Part shown: positions 13,301 to 28,800 of the stretch, in pieces
Layout: every line of letters starts with the position of its first letter
Numbering within the stretch: position 1 is the first letter of the stretch
Assembly: GCF_009914755.1 (NCBI RefSeq)
Contig: NC_060940.1
Direction: 5' to 3' (one strand)
Length of the DNA: 64,000 nt
Source of the DNA: the human T2T-CHM13v2.0 reference genome, Homo sapiens
The notes under the pieces: generated by a model
Databases searched by the model: none
Told to the model about the DNA's origin: nothing
The model's input: the letters and a program-made list of their open reading frames with translations, nothing else
Made by a program: the position numbers and the translations under genes

Positions 13301-16300
13301 ATTCGAGTCCATTCGATGGTTTCATTCGAGTACATCCAATGATTCCATTCGAGTCCATTTGATGATTCCATTTGATTCCATTTCATAATGATTCTACTAG
13401 AGTCCATTCAATGACTCCATTGGAGTCCATTCAACACTTCCATTCGACTCCATTTGATGATTCCATTCGATTCCATTTGATGATTCCATTCGAGTCCATT
13501 TAATCATTACAGTCGAGTCCATTTGGTGATTCCACTGGATTTCTTTAGATAATGATACCATTCAATTACATTTGATGATGATCCCATTCAATTTCATTTG
13601 ATGATGATTCCATTAGAGTCCATTCGATGATTTCATTCGAGTCCCTTCATTGATTCCATCCGATTTCATTGGATGATGACTCCATTCGAGTCCATTCGAT
13701 GATTCCACTCGATTCCATTAGATGACTCCATTGGAGTCCATTTGATTGTTCCATTCGATTCCATTCGATTCCTTTCGAAGATTATTCCATTTGAGTCCAT
13801 TCGATGATGATTCCATTCCATTCCATTCGATGATTCCGTTTGATTCCATTCGATGAATCCCTTCGATTCCTTTCTTTGATGATTCCATTCCATTCCATTC
13901 AATGATTCCATTCGAATCTATTCCATGATGATTCCTTTCGATTCCATTCGCTGATGTTTCCTTTCAATTCCATTCGATGATGATTCCATTCGATTCCATT
14001 CATTGAGGATTCCATTTGATTCCATTCAATGATGTTTCCGTTCTATTCCATTCAATGATTGCATTCAATTCCATTCAATGATTATCCCCTTAGAGTAAAC
14101 TCAACGATTCCATTCAATACCATTCGATGATGATTCCTTTTGAGTCCATTCAATGATTTCATTCAAGTCCATTTGATGATTCCTTTCAATTCCATTCTAT
14201 GATGATTCCATTCGAGTCCATTCCATGATTCCATTCGATTGCATTCGATGATTCCATTATATTCCAGTCAACGATGATTCCATTCGAGTCCATTCGATGA
14301 TTCCATTAGAGTACATTTAATGATTGCTTTGTTTTCAATTCGAAGATGATTACATTCGATTCCATTCTATGATACCATTCGATTCCATTCAATGATGATT
14401 CCACTCAAATCCATTGGATGATTCCATTCGTGTCCATTCGGTGATTTCATTAGATTCCATTCGAGGATGATTCCATTCGATTCCATTCGATGATTCCATT
14501 CAATTCCATTCGATGATGATTCCATTCCAGTCCATATGATCATTCCATTTGATTTCATTCGATGATGATTCCATTCGATTCCATTCGATGATTCCATTCT
14601 ATTCCATTCGATGATGATTCCATTCGAGTCCATTCGATGATTCCATTCGAGTCCATTTAATGATTCCATTGGGTTCAATTCAATGATGATTACATTGGAT
14701 TCCGTTCTATGATTCCATTCAATTCCGTTCATTGACAATTTGATTCCATTCGATGATGATTCCATTTGAGTTCATTCGATGATTCTATTCGATTCTCTTC
14801 GATGGTGATTCAATTCTATTATATTGGATGATTCCATTCGATTCCATTTGATGTTGATTCAATTCGATTCTATTCGATGATGATTCCATTGGATTTCACT
14901 TGATGATTCTATTCGATTCTATTCGATGATGATTCCATTAGATTTCACTTGATGATTCTATTCGATTCCATTCAATGATGATTCACTTCTCGTCCATTGG
15001 ATGATTCCATTTCATTCCATTCGATGATGATTCCATTCGATTCCATTCGATGATTCCATTTGATTCCATGCGACGGTGAGCAATTCGATTCAATTCCATG
15101 ATGATTCTATTTGATTCAATTAGATGATGTTTCCATTCGAATCCATTCCACGATTATTCCATTGGAATCCATTTGGCGATGATTCCATATGAGTGAATTC
15201 AATGATGATTCCATATGGGTCCGTTCGATGATAATTCCATTTGATTTCATTCAATGCTTCTATTCTATTCCAGTCGATGATGATTCCGTTGGAGTCCATA
15301 CGATGATTCCATTTGATTTCATTTGATGATGATTCCATTCGATGATGATTACATTGGATTCCATTCTATGATTCCATTCAATTCCATTCGTTGATGATTC
15401 GATTCCATTCAATGATGATTCCATTTGAGTTCATTCGATGATTCTATTCGATTCCGTTCGATGGTGATTCAATTCTCTTATATTGGATGATTCCACTCGA
15501 TTCCATTTGATGATTATTCCATTGGAGTCCAATTAGTGAATCCTTTAGATTCTACTCGAAGATGATTCCATTCGAGTCCATTCAATGATACCATTCAATT
15601 TCATTCGTTGATGCTTCCATTCAAGTGCATTCGATGATATCATTCGATTCCATTTGATGATAATTCCATTTGATTCCATGCGATGATTCTATTCGATTCC
15701 ATTCAATGATAATTCCATTCAATTCAGTGATTCCTCTGGACTCCATTTGATGATTATTCCATTCAATGATTCCATTCGATTCTATTCCAAAATGATTCCA
15801 TTTGAATCCATTTGATGATGATTCCATTAGATTCCATTTGATGATTCCATTCGATTCCATTTGACGATGATTCCATTCGATTCCATTTGATGATTCCATT
15901 CTATTCTATTCGATTATGATTCCATTCGATTCCATTTGATGATGATTGGATTCGATTCCATTTGATGATTTCATTTGATTCCATTCGTTAATGATTTCGA
16001 TCAACTCCATTCGATGATTCCATTTGATTCCATTCGATAATGATTACATCCGAGTCCATTCGATGATTCCATTTGAGCCCGTTCGATAATTCCATTTGAG
16101 TCCAATCAATGATTCCATTCATTTCCATTCAATGATTCCATTCGAGTCCATTTGATCATTCTGGTAGGGTCCGTTCGATGTTGATTCCATTGGAGTGCAT
16201 TCGATGATTCCATTCGAGTCCATTTTATGATTTGATTCGAGTCCTTTCGATGATTCCATTCGATTCCACTCCATGATGATTTCATTCGAGTCCATTCGAC

Positions 16301-16473
16301 ACTTCCAATCGATTCCATTTGATGTTTCCATTCGAGTCCAATTGATGATTCCATTCAATTCCATTCGATGATGATTCCGTACGATTCCATTCTGTGATGA
16401 TTCCATGTGATTGCATTCAATGATGATTCCTTTCGATTGCATTCGATTATGATTCATTTCGTGTTCATTCTAT
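10313..16473 (+). repeat. Higher-order unit C1 (6161 bp = 6112 + 49-bp local duplication)
   Basis: Landmark spacing 6161; 49-bp tandem duplication at 14871-14968. Confidence 0.9.
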
Positions 16474-19400
16474 GGTTCCACAGGTTTCCATTCGATGACG
16501 TTTCCGTTCGTGTCCATTCCATTATTCCATTCTATTTCATTTGATGATGATTCCATTCGATTCCATTCATTGGTGATTCCACTCAATTCCATTCAATGAT
16601 TCCATTCCATTTGTTTCAACAATGATTCCCTTAGTTTCTATTCGATGATCCACTTGATTCCATTTGGCGATGATTCCATTCGTGTCCATTCGATGATTCC
16701 ATTTGATTCCATATGATGATGATTCCATTCGATTCCATACCATGATGATTCCATTCGAGTCCATTCAATGGTGATTCCATTCAATTCCATTCGATGATTC
16801 CTTCCGATTCCATTCGATGATGATGGCATTCGATTCCTTTCAATCATTCCCTTTGATTCCATTCAAAGGTGATTTCATTCAAGTCCATTCGATAATTGCA
16901 TTCGATTCCATTCTATGATGATTCCATTCGAGTCCATTTGATGATTCCATTCAATTCAAGTCAATGATGATTCCATTCGATTCCACTCGATGATTCCATT
17001 GGATTCCATTCGATGATGATTCCATTCAAATCCATTCGATAATTCAATTCAAGTCCATTCGATGATGATTCCAATCGAATCCATTCAAAGATTCCATTCA
17101 ATTCCATTCGATGATGATTCCCTTAGATTCCATTCGATGATTCCACTTGATTCCATTTACGATGATTCCATTCGATTCCATGTGATGAATCCATTCAATT
17201 CTATTCAATGATGTTTCCATTTGATTCCATTGGACCATGATTGCCTTTGATTCCATTCAATGATTCCATTCGGTTCCATTTGATGATGATTCCGTTCGAT
17301 TCCATTTCATTATTCCATTTGATTCCATTGGATGAGTCCGTTCGAATACATTCGATGATTATTCCATTCGAGTGCATTAGATGATTGCATTCGAGTCCAT
17401 TCGATGATTCCATTCGATTCCATTCGATGTTGATTCTGTTCAAATCCATTCGATGATTCCACTCGATTCCATTCGATGACTCCATTTGATCCCATTCGAT
17501 GATTTCCTGTGATTCCCTTTGATGATCATTCTATTTGATTCAATTCGGTGATTTCATTTCATTCCATTCAGTGATGTTTCCATTCGACTGTATTCGATGA
17601 TGATTCCATTCGACTCCATTCGATTATGATTTCATTCAATTCCATTCAATAATGATTCCCTTCGAGTCCATTCGATGATTCCATTCGATTCCATTCAACG
17701 ATGATTTGATTCGTTTCCATTCGATGATTCCATTTGATTCCACTTGATGATGATTCCATTCGAGTCCATTTGATGATTCCATTCGAGTCTATTTATGTAT
17801 TATATTCGTGTCCACTTCATGATTCCATTCAATTCCATTTAATGTTGATTCCATTTGATTCCATTTGATGATTCAGTTCGATTCCTTGCAATGATTCCCT
17901 ACGATTCCTTTCTATTATGATTCCATTCGATTCCATTCATTGATGATTTCATTCGACTCCATTCGATGATGATTCCTTTCGATTCCATTTGACGATGTTT
18001 CCATTCGAGTCCATTCGATGATGATTCTATTCAATTCTGTTCTATTATGATTCCATTCGATTTCATTCAATGCTTCTATTTGATTCCATTCGATGATGAT
18101 TCCATCTCTTTCCCTTCGATGATTCCATTTGATTCCATTCAGTGATGATTCCATTTGATTCCATCTGATGATGATTTCACTTGATTCCTTTCAATGATGA
18201 TTCAATTCAAGTCCATTCGATGATTCCATTGGAGTCCAAACGATCATTCCGTTCGATTCCATTCAATGGTGATTCCATTCATGTCCATTCGATGAATCCA
18301 TTCAATTCCATTCGATGATGACTCCATTCGAGTACATTCGATGATTCCATTTGATTCCATTTGAAGATGATTCCATTCAATTCCATTCGAAGATGATTCC
18401 ATTCAATTCCATTCGATGATGATTCCGTATGAATCCATTCTCTGATTATTCCATTCGATTCCATTCATTGACGATTCCATTCAATTCCATTCAATGATGA
18501 TTCTCTTCTATTCCATTCGATGATTCCGGTCGATTCCATTCGATGATGATTCCATTAGATTCCATTCGATTGTTGCATTCGATTCCCTTCGATGATGATT
18601 CCTTTGAATTCCATTCGATTATCATTCCGTATGAATCCATTTGATGATTATTCCATTGGATTCCTTTCGATGATGATTCCATTCGATTCCATTTGATGAT
18701 GTTTCTCTTGTATTCCATTGGATAATTCCTTTCAGTTCCCTTCGATGATTATTCTTTCGAGTCAATTCGATGATTCTATTCCATTCCCTTCGATGATGAT
18801 TCCATTTCACTCCATTTGATGATTCCATTCGACTCAATTTGGGGATGATTCAATTCGATGACATTCGATGACTCCATTCAATTTCATTTGATGATGATTA
18901 CATTCGAGTCCATTTGATGATTGTATTCCTTTCCTTTTGATGATTATTCCATGCGTGTCTATTCAAAGGTTCCATTCTATTCCATTCAATGATGATTGCA
19001 TTTGATTCCATTCAATGATTATGGCTATCGATTCCACTCGTTGATTCCATTTGATTCCGTTCGATGATTATTCCGTTAGATTCCATTAGAAGATTCCATT
19101 CGATTTTATTCAATGATTCCAATGGATTCCATTCAATGATGATTCCATTCGACTCCATTCAGTGATTCCATTCGAGTCCATTTGATGATTCCATTCTTTT
19201 CCATTTGATGATGATTCCATTAGGGTCCATTCAATGATTCCATTCGAGTCCATTCGTTAATGCCTTTCGAGTCCTTTTGATCACTACATTCGAGTCCATT
19301 CAATGATTCTATTCGATTCCATTCCATGATGATTCCATTCGAGTTCATTCGATGATTGCATTCGAGTCCATTTGATGATTCCATATGATTCCATTCGACA

Positions 19401-20600
19401 ATGATTCCATTCGTGTCCATTTGATGATTCCATTCATTTCCTATCGATGAAGATTCCATTCAAGTGTATTCGATGATTCCATTCAAATCCATTCGATGAT
19501 GATTCCATTCCAGTCCATTCGATCATTCCACTTGATTCCATTTGATGACTATTCCATTCAAATCCATTTGATGATTCCATTCGATTCCATTCGATGTTAC
19601 CATTCGAGTATATACGATGATTCCACTCGATTCCATTTGATGATTATTCCATTGGAGTCCACTTAGTGAATCCTTTAGATTCTACTCGACGATGATTCCA
19701 TTCGAGTCCATTCGATGATACCATTCAATTCCATTCGTTGATGCTTCCATTCAAGTGCATTCGATGATATCATTCGATTCCATTTGATGATAATTCCATT
19801 TGATTCCATGCGATGATTCTATTCGATTCCATTCAATGATAATTCCATTCAATTCAGTGATTCCTCTGGACTCCATTTGATGATGATTCCATTCAATGAT
19901 TCCATTCGATTCTATTCGAAAATGATTCCATTTGAATCCATTTGATGATGATTCCATTGGATTCCATTTGATGATTCCATTCGATTCCATTCGATGATGA
20001 TTCCATTCGATTCCTTTTGATGAATCCATTCTATTGTATTCGATGATGATTCCATTCGATTCCATTCGATGATGATTGGATTCGATTCCATTTGATGATT
20101 TCATTTGATTCCATTCGATAAGGATTTCGATCAACTCCATTCAATGATTCCATTCGATTCCATTCGATAATGATTACATCTGAGCACATTCGATGATTCC
20201 ATTTGAGCCCGTTCGATAATTCCATTTGAGTCCAATCAATGATTCCATTCATTTTCATTCAATGATTCCATTCGAGTCCATTTGATCATTCCGGTAGGGT
20301 CCGTTCGATGTTGATTCCATTGGAGTGCATTCGATGATTCCATTCGAGTCCATTTTAGGATTTGATTCGAGTCCTTTCGATGATTCCATTCGATTCCACT
20401 CGATGATTTCATTCGAGTCCATTCGACACTTCCAATCGATTCCATTTGATGTTTCCATTCGATTCCAATTGATGATTCCATTCAATTCCATTCGATGATG
20501 ATTCCGTACGATTCCATTCTGTGATGATTCCATGTGATTGCATTCAATGATGATTCCTTTCGATTGCATTCGATTATGATTCATTTCGTGTTCATTCTAT
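16474..20600 (+). repeat. Higher-order unit A2 (4127 bp)
   Basis: Repeats A1 at an offset of 16131 (ORF 436 recurs at 16567; A-block start 1654 recurs at 17785). Confidence 0.9.
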
Positions 20601-23600
20601 GGTTCCACAGGTTTCCATTCGATGATGTTTCCATTCGTGTCCATTCCATTATTCCTTTCTATTCCATTTGAAGATGATTCCATTCGATTCCATTCATTGG
20701 TGATTCCACTCAATTCCATTCAATGATTCCATTCCATTTCTTTCAACAATGATTCCATTAGTTTCTATTCGATGATCCACTTGATTCCATTTGACGATGA
20801 TTCCATTCGTGTCCATTCGATGATTCCATTTGATTCCATATGATGATGATTCCATTCGATTCCATACGATGATGATTCCATTCGAGTCCATTCAATGGTG
20901 ATTCCATTCAATTCCATTCGATGATTCCTTTCGATTCCATTCAATGATGATGGCATTCGATTCCTTTCGATCATTCCCTTTGATTCCATTCAAAGGTGAT
21001 TTCATTCAAGTCCATTCGATAATTGCATTCGATTCCATTCTATGATGATTCCATTCGAGTCCATTTGATGATTCCATTCAATTCAAGTCAATGATGATTC
21101 CATTCGATTCCACTCGATGATTCCATTGGATTCCATTCGATGATGATTCCATTCAAATCCATTCGATAATTCAATTCAAGTCCATTCGATGATGATTCCA
21201 ATCGAATCCATTCAAAGATTCCACTCAATTCCATTCGATGATGATTCCCTTAGATTCCATTCGATGATTCCACTTGATTCCATTTACGATGATTCCATTC
21301 GATTCCATGTGATGATTCCATTCAATTCTATTCAATGATGTTTCCACTTGATTCCATTCGAACATGATTGCCTTTGATTCCATTCAATGATTCCATACGG
21401 TTCCATTTGATGATGATTCCATTCGAGTGCATTAGATGATTCCATTCGAGTCCATTCGATGATTCCATTCGATTCCATTCGATGTTGATTCTGTTCAAAT
21501 CCATTCGATGATTCCACTCGATTCCATTCGATGACTCCATTTGATCCCATTCGATGATTTCCTTTGATTCCCTTTGATGATCATTCCATTTGATTCAATT
21601 CGGTGATTTCATTTGATTCCATTCAGTGATGTTTCCATTCAACTCCTTTCGATGATGATTCCATTCTACTCCATTCGATTATGATTTCATTCAATTCCAT
21701 TCGATAATGATTCCCTTCAAGTCCATTCGATGATTCCATTCGATTCCATTCAACGATGATTTGATTCGTGTCCATTCGATGATTCCATTTGATTCCATTT
21801 GATGATGATTCCATTCGAGTCCCTTTGATGATTCCATTCAATTCCATTCTCCGATGATTTCTTTTGAGCCCATTCAATGCTTCCACTCGATTCCATATGA
21901 TGATGACTCCATTTGATGAAATTCCATGATGATTCCATTCGCTTGCATTCGATGATGATTCCACTTGAGTCCGTTAGAAGATTCTATTCAATTACATTCC
22001 ATGACGATTCTGTTCGAGTCCATTTGATGATTCCATTAGACTCCATTCGACGGTGATTCCATTCGATGTTATTCGATGATGATTCCATTCAACTCCATTC
22101 GATGTTTCCATTCGAGTTCATTCTATTATTCCATTAGATTCCATTCGATGATGATTCCATTCGATTCCATTTGATGATTGCATTCTATTTCATTTGATGA
22201 TGATTCCATTCGAGTCCACTCGATGATTCCATTCGAGTCCATTTAATGAATCCATTGGTTTCAATTCTATGATGATTACATTGGATTCCATTCGTTGATG
22301 ATTTCATTCGATTCCATTCAATGATGATTCCATTCAATTCCATTCAATGATTCCATTCAATTCCATACGATGATGATTCCATTTGATTTGATTCGACAGT
22401 GAGCCATTCGATTCAATTCCATGATGATTCTATTTGATTCAATTGGTTGACATTTCCATTCGATTCCATTCGATGATGATTCCATTTGATTCCATTCAAA
22501 GATGATTCCATTCTAGCCCATTCAATCATTCCATTCGATTCTATTCAATGATGATTCCATTCATGTCGATTTGGTGATTCCATTTGACTTCATTTGATGA
22601 TGATTCCTTTCAAGTTCATTAGATGATTCCATTCGATTCCATTTGATGATGATCCCATTCGAGTCCATTCAGTGATTCCACTCGTTTCCATTCCATGATG
22701 ATTCCATTCCATTCCATTCAATGATTCCATTCGATTCCGTTTGATGATGATTTCATTCGAGTCCATTTGATGATTCCATTTGATTCCATTCGATGATGAT
22801 TACATTCGAGTCCATACGATGATTCCACTCAATTCCATATGATGATGATTCCATTCGATTCCATTCGATGATTCCATTCTATTCTATTCAATGGCGATTC
22901 CATTCGAGTACATTAGATGATTCCATTCGATTCCATTCAATGATGATTCTATTTGTGTCCCTTAGATGGTTCCACATGATTCCATTTCATGATGATACTA
23001 TTTGAGCCCATCCAATGATTCCCTTCGATTCCATTCGATGAGGATTCCATTCGATTCAATTCATTGGTGATTCTATTCAATTCAATTCTTTGATTCCATT
23101 CCATTCCATTCGACAATGATTCCATTCGATTTCTTTCGATGATTCCACTCGATTCCACTTGACATTGATTCCATTCGATTCCATTCAATGATTCCGTTTG
23201 ATTCCAGTGGATGATGATTGCCATCGATTCCATTCGATCACTCCATTCTATTCCATTTGATGATGATTACATTCGATTCCATTTGATGATTCCATCTGAT
23301 TCTATTCGAGGATTCCATTTGATTCCATTCGATGATGATTCCATTCGAGTGCATTCGATGATTTCATTCGAGTACATCCAATGATTCCATTCGAGTCCAT
23401 TTGATGATTCCATTTAATTCCATTTGATTATGATTCTACTAGAGTCCATTCAATGACTCCATTCGAATCCATTCAACAATTCCATTCGAGGCCATTCGAT
23501 GATTCCATTTCATGATTCCATTCGAGTCCATTTAATCATTACAGTCGAGTCCATTTGGTGATTCCTTTCAATTCCATTCTATGATGATTCCATTCGAGTC

Positions 23601-25806
23601 CATTCGATGATTCCATTCGATTGCATTCGATGATTCCATTATATTCCATTCAACAATGATTCCATTCGAGTCCATTCGATGATTCCATTAGAGTACATTT
23701 AATGATTGCTTTGTTTTCAATTCGAAGATGATTACATTGGATTCCATTCTATGATACCATTCGATTCCATTCAATGATGATTCCACTCAAATCCATTGGA
23801 TGATTCCATTCGTGTCCATTCGGTGATTTCATTAGATTCCATTCGAGGATGATTCCATTCGATTCCATTCGATGATTCCATTCAATTCCATTCGATGATG
23901 ATTCCATTCCAGTCCATATGATCATTCCATTTGATTTCATTCGATGATGATTCCATTCGATTCCATTCGATGATTCCATTCTATTCCATTCGATGATGAT
24001 TCCATTCGAGTCCATTCGATGATTCCATTCGAGTCCATTTAATGATTCCATTGGGTTCAATTCAATGATGATTACATTGGATTCCGTTCTATGATTCCAT
24101 TCAATTCCGTTCATTGACAATTTGATTCCATTCGATGATGATTCCATTTGAGTTCATTCGATGATTCTATTTGATTCTCTTCGATGGTGATTCAATTCTA
24201 TTATATTGGATGATTCCATTCGATTCCATTTGATGTTGATTCAATTCGATTCTATTCGATGATGATTCCATTGGATTTCACTTGATGATTCTATTCGATT
24301 CCATTCAATGATGATTCACTTCTCGTCCATTGGATGATTCCATTTCATTCCATTCGATGATGATTCCATTCGATTCCATTCGATGATTCCATTTGATTCC
24401 ATGCGTCGGTGAGCAATTCGATTCAATTCCATGATGATTCTATTTGATTCAATTAGATGATGTTTCCATTCGAATCCATTCCATGATTATTCCATTGGAA
24501 TCCATTCGGCGATGATTCCATATGAGTCAATTCAATGATGATTCCATATGGGTCCGTTCGATGATAATTCCATTTGATTTCATTCGGTGCTTCTATTCAA
24601 TTCCAGTCGATGATGATTCCGTTGGAGTCCATACGATGATTCCATTTGATTTCATTTGATGATGATTCCATTCGATGATGATTACATTGGATTCCATTCT
24701 ATGATTCCATTCAATTCCATTCGTTGATGATTCGATTCCATTCAATGATGATTCCATTTGAGTTCATTCGATGATTCTATTCGATTCCGTTCGATGGTGA
24801 TTCAATTCTCTTATATTGGATGAATCCACTCGATTCCATTTGATGATTATTCCATTGGAGTCCACTTAGTGAATCCTTCAGATTCTACTCGAAGATGATT
24901 CCATTCCAGTCCATTCGATGATACCATTCAATTCCATTCGTTGATGCTTCCATTCAAGTGCATTCGATGATATCATTCGATTCCATTTGATGATAATTCC
25001 ATTTGATTCCATGCGATGATTCTATTCGATTCCATTCAATGATAATTCCATTCAGTTCAGTGATTCCTCTGGACTCCATTTGATGATGATTCCATTCAAT
25101 GATTCCATTCGATTCTATTCGAAAATGATTCCATTTGAATCCATTTGATGATGATTCCATTAGATTCCATTTGATGATTCCATTCGATTCCATGCGACGA
25201 TGATTCCATTCGATTCCATTTGATGATTCCATTCTATTCTATTCGATGATGATTCCATTCGATTCCATTCGATGATGATTGGATTTGATTCCATTTGATG
25301 ATTTCATTTGATTCCATTCGTTAATGATTTCGATCAATTCCATTCGATGATTCCATTCGATTCCATTCGATAATGATTACATCCGTGTCCATTCAATGAT
25401 TCCATTTGAGCCTGTTCGATAATTCCATTTGATTCCAACCAATGATTCCATTCATTTCCATTCAATGATTCCATTCGAGTCCATTTGATCATTCCGGTAG
25501 GGTCCATTCGATGTTGATTCCATTGGAGTGCATTCGATGATTCCATTCGAGTCCATTTTAGGATTTGATTCGAGTCCTTTCGATGATTCCATTCGATTCC
25601 ACTCGATGATGATTTCATTCGAGTCCATTCGACACTTCCAATCGATTCCATTTGATGTTTCCATTCGATTCCAATTGATGATTCCATTCAATTCCATTCG
25701 ATGATGATTCCGTACGATTCCATTCTGTGATGATTCCATGTGATTGCATTCAATGATGATTCCTTTCGATTGCATTCGATTATGATTCATTTCGTGTTCA
25801 TTCTAT
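20601..25806 (+). repeat. Higher-order unit B2 (5206 bp = B-type with 650-bp deletion)
   Basis: B-type head variants; the junction CCATTTGGTGATTCC|TTTCAATTCC near 23565 skips the equivalent of 7422-8071. Confidence 0.88.
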
Positions 25807-28800
25807 GGTTCCACAGGTTTCCATTCGATGATGTTTCCATTCGTGTCCATTCCATTATTCCTTTCTATTCCATTTGAAGATGATTCCATTCGATTCCATT
25901 CATTGGTGATTCCACTCAATTCCATTCAATGATTCCATTCCATTTCTTTCAACAATGATTCCATTAGTTTCTATTCGATGATCCACTTGATTCCATTTGA
26001 CGATGATTCCATTCGTGTCCATTCGATGATTCCATTTGATTCCATATGATGATGATTCCATTCGATTCCATACGATGATGATTCCATTCGAGTCCATTCA
26101 ATGGTGATTCCATTCAATTCCATTCGATGATTCCTTTCGATTCCATTCAATGATGATGGCATTCGATTCCTTTCGATCATTCCCTTTGATTCCATTCAAA
26201 GGTGATTTCATTCAAGTCCATTCGATAATTGCATTCGATTCCATTCTATGATGATTCCATTCGAGTCCATTCGATGATTCCATTCGAGTCCATTTAATGA
26301 TTCCATTGGGTTCAATTCAATGATGATTACATTGGATTCCGTTCTATGATTCCATTCAATTCCGTTCATTGACAATTTGATTCCATTCGATGATGATTCC
26401 ATTTGAGTTCATTCGATGATTCTATTTGATTCTCTTCGATGGTGATTCAATTCTATTATATTGGATGATTCCATTCGATTCCATTTGATGTTGATTCAAT
26501 TCGATTCTATTCGATGATGATTCCATTGGATTTCACTTGATGATTCTATTCGATTCCATTCAATGATGATTCACTTCTCGTCCATTGGATGATTCCATTT
26601 CATTCCATTCGATGATGATTCCATTCGATTCCATTCGATGATTCCATTTGATTCCATGCGTCGGTGAGCAATTCGATTCAATTCCATGATGATTCTATTT
26701 GATTCAATTAGATGATGTTTCCATTCGAATCCATTCCATGATTATTCCATTGGAATCCATTCGGCGATGATTCCATATGAGTCAATTCAATGATGATTCC
26801 ATATGGGTCCGTTCGATGATAATTCCATTTGATTTCATTCGGTGCTTCTATTCAATTCCAGTCGATGATGATTCCGTTGGAGTCCATACGATGATTCCAT
26901 TTGATTTCATTTGATGATGATTCCATTCGATGATGATTACATTGGATTCCATTCTATGATTCCATTCAATTCCATTCGTTGATGATTCGATTCCATTCAA
27001 TGATGATTCCATTTGAGTTCATTCGATGATTCTATTCGATTCCGTTCGATGGTGATTCAATTCTCTTATATTGGATGAATCCACTCGATTCCATTTGATG
27101 ATTATTCCATTGGAGTCCACTTAGTGAATCCTTCAGATTCTACTCGAAGATGATTCCATTCCAGTCCATTCGATGATACCATTCAATTCCATTCGTTGAT
27201 GCTTCCATTCAAGTGCATTCGATGATATCATTCGATTCCATTTGATGATAATTCCATTTGATTCCATGCGATGATTCTATTCGATTCCATTCAATGATAA
27301 TTCCATTCAGTTCAGTGATTCCTCTGGACTCCATTTGATGATGATTCCATTCAATGATTCCATTCGATTCTATTCGAAAATGATTCCATTTGAATCCATT
27401 TGATGATGATTCCATTAGATTCCATTTGATGATTCCATTCGATTCCATGCGACGATGATTCCATTCGATTCCATTTGATGATTCCATTCTATTCTATTCG
27501 ATGATGATTCCATTCGATTCCATTCGATGATGATTGGATTTGATTCCATTTGATGATTTCATTTGATTCCATTCGTTAATGATTTCGATCAATTCCATTC
27601 GATGATTCCATTCGATTCCATTCGATAATGATTACATCCGTGTCCATTCAATGATTCCATTTGAGCCTGTTCGATAATTCCATTTGATTCCAACCAATGA
27701 TTCCATTCATTTCCATTCAATGATTCCATTCGAGTCCATTTGATCATTCCGGTAGGGTCCATTCGATGTTGATTCCATTGGAGTGCATTCGATGATTCCA
27801 TTCGAGTCCATTTTAGGATTTGATTCGAGTCCTTTCGATGATTCCATTCGATTCCACTCGATGATGATTTCATTCGAGTCCATTCGACACTTCCAATCGA
27901 TTCCATTTGATGTTTCCATTCGATTCCAATTGATGATTCCATTCAATTCCATTCGATGATGATTCCGTACGATTCCATTCTGTGATGATTCCATGTGATT
28001 GCATTCAATGATGATTCCTTTCGATTGCATTCGATTATGATTCATTTCGTGTTCATTCTATGGTTCCACAGGTTTCCATTCGATGATGTTTCCATTCGTG
28101 TCCATTCCATTATTCCTTTCTATTCCATTTGAAGATGATTCCATTCGATTCCATTCATTGGTGATTCCACTCAATTCCATTCAATGATTCCATTCCATTT
28201 CTTTCAACAATGATTCCATTAGTTTCTATTCGATGATCCACTTGATTCCATTTGACGATGATTCCATTCGTGTCCATTCGATGATTCCATTTGATTCCAT
28301 ATGATGATGATTCCATTCGATTCCATACGATGATGATTCCATTCGAGTCCATTCAATGGTGATTCCATTCAATTCCATTCGATGATTCCTTTCGATTCCA
28401 TTCAATGATGATGGCATTCGATTCCTTTCGATCATTCCCTTTGATTCCATTCAAAGGTGATTTCATTCAAGTCCATTCGATAATTGCATTCGATTCCATT
28501 CTATGATGATTCCATTCGAGTCCATTCGATGATTCCATTCGAGTCCATTTAATGATTCCATTGGGTTCAATTCAATGATGATTACATTGGATTCCGTTCT
28601 ATGATTCCATTCAATTCCGTTCATTGACAATTTGATTCCATTCGATGATGATTCCATTTGAGTTCATTCGATGATTCTATTTGATTCTCTTCGATGGTGA
28701 TTCAATTCTATTATATTGGATGATTCCATTCGATTCCATTTGATGTTGATTCAATTCGATTCTATTCGATGATGATTCCATTGGATTTCACTTGATGATT

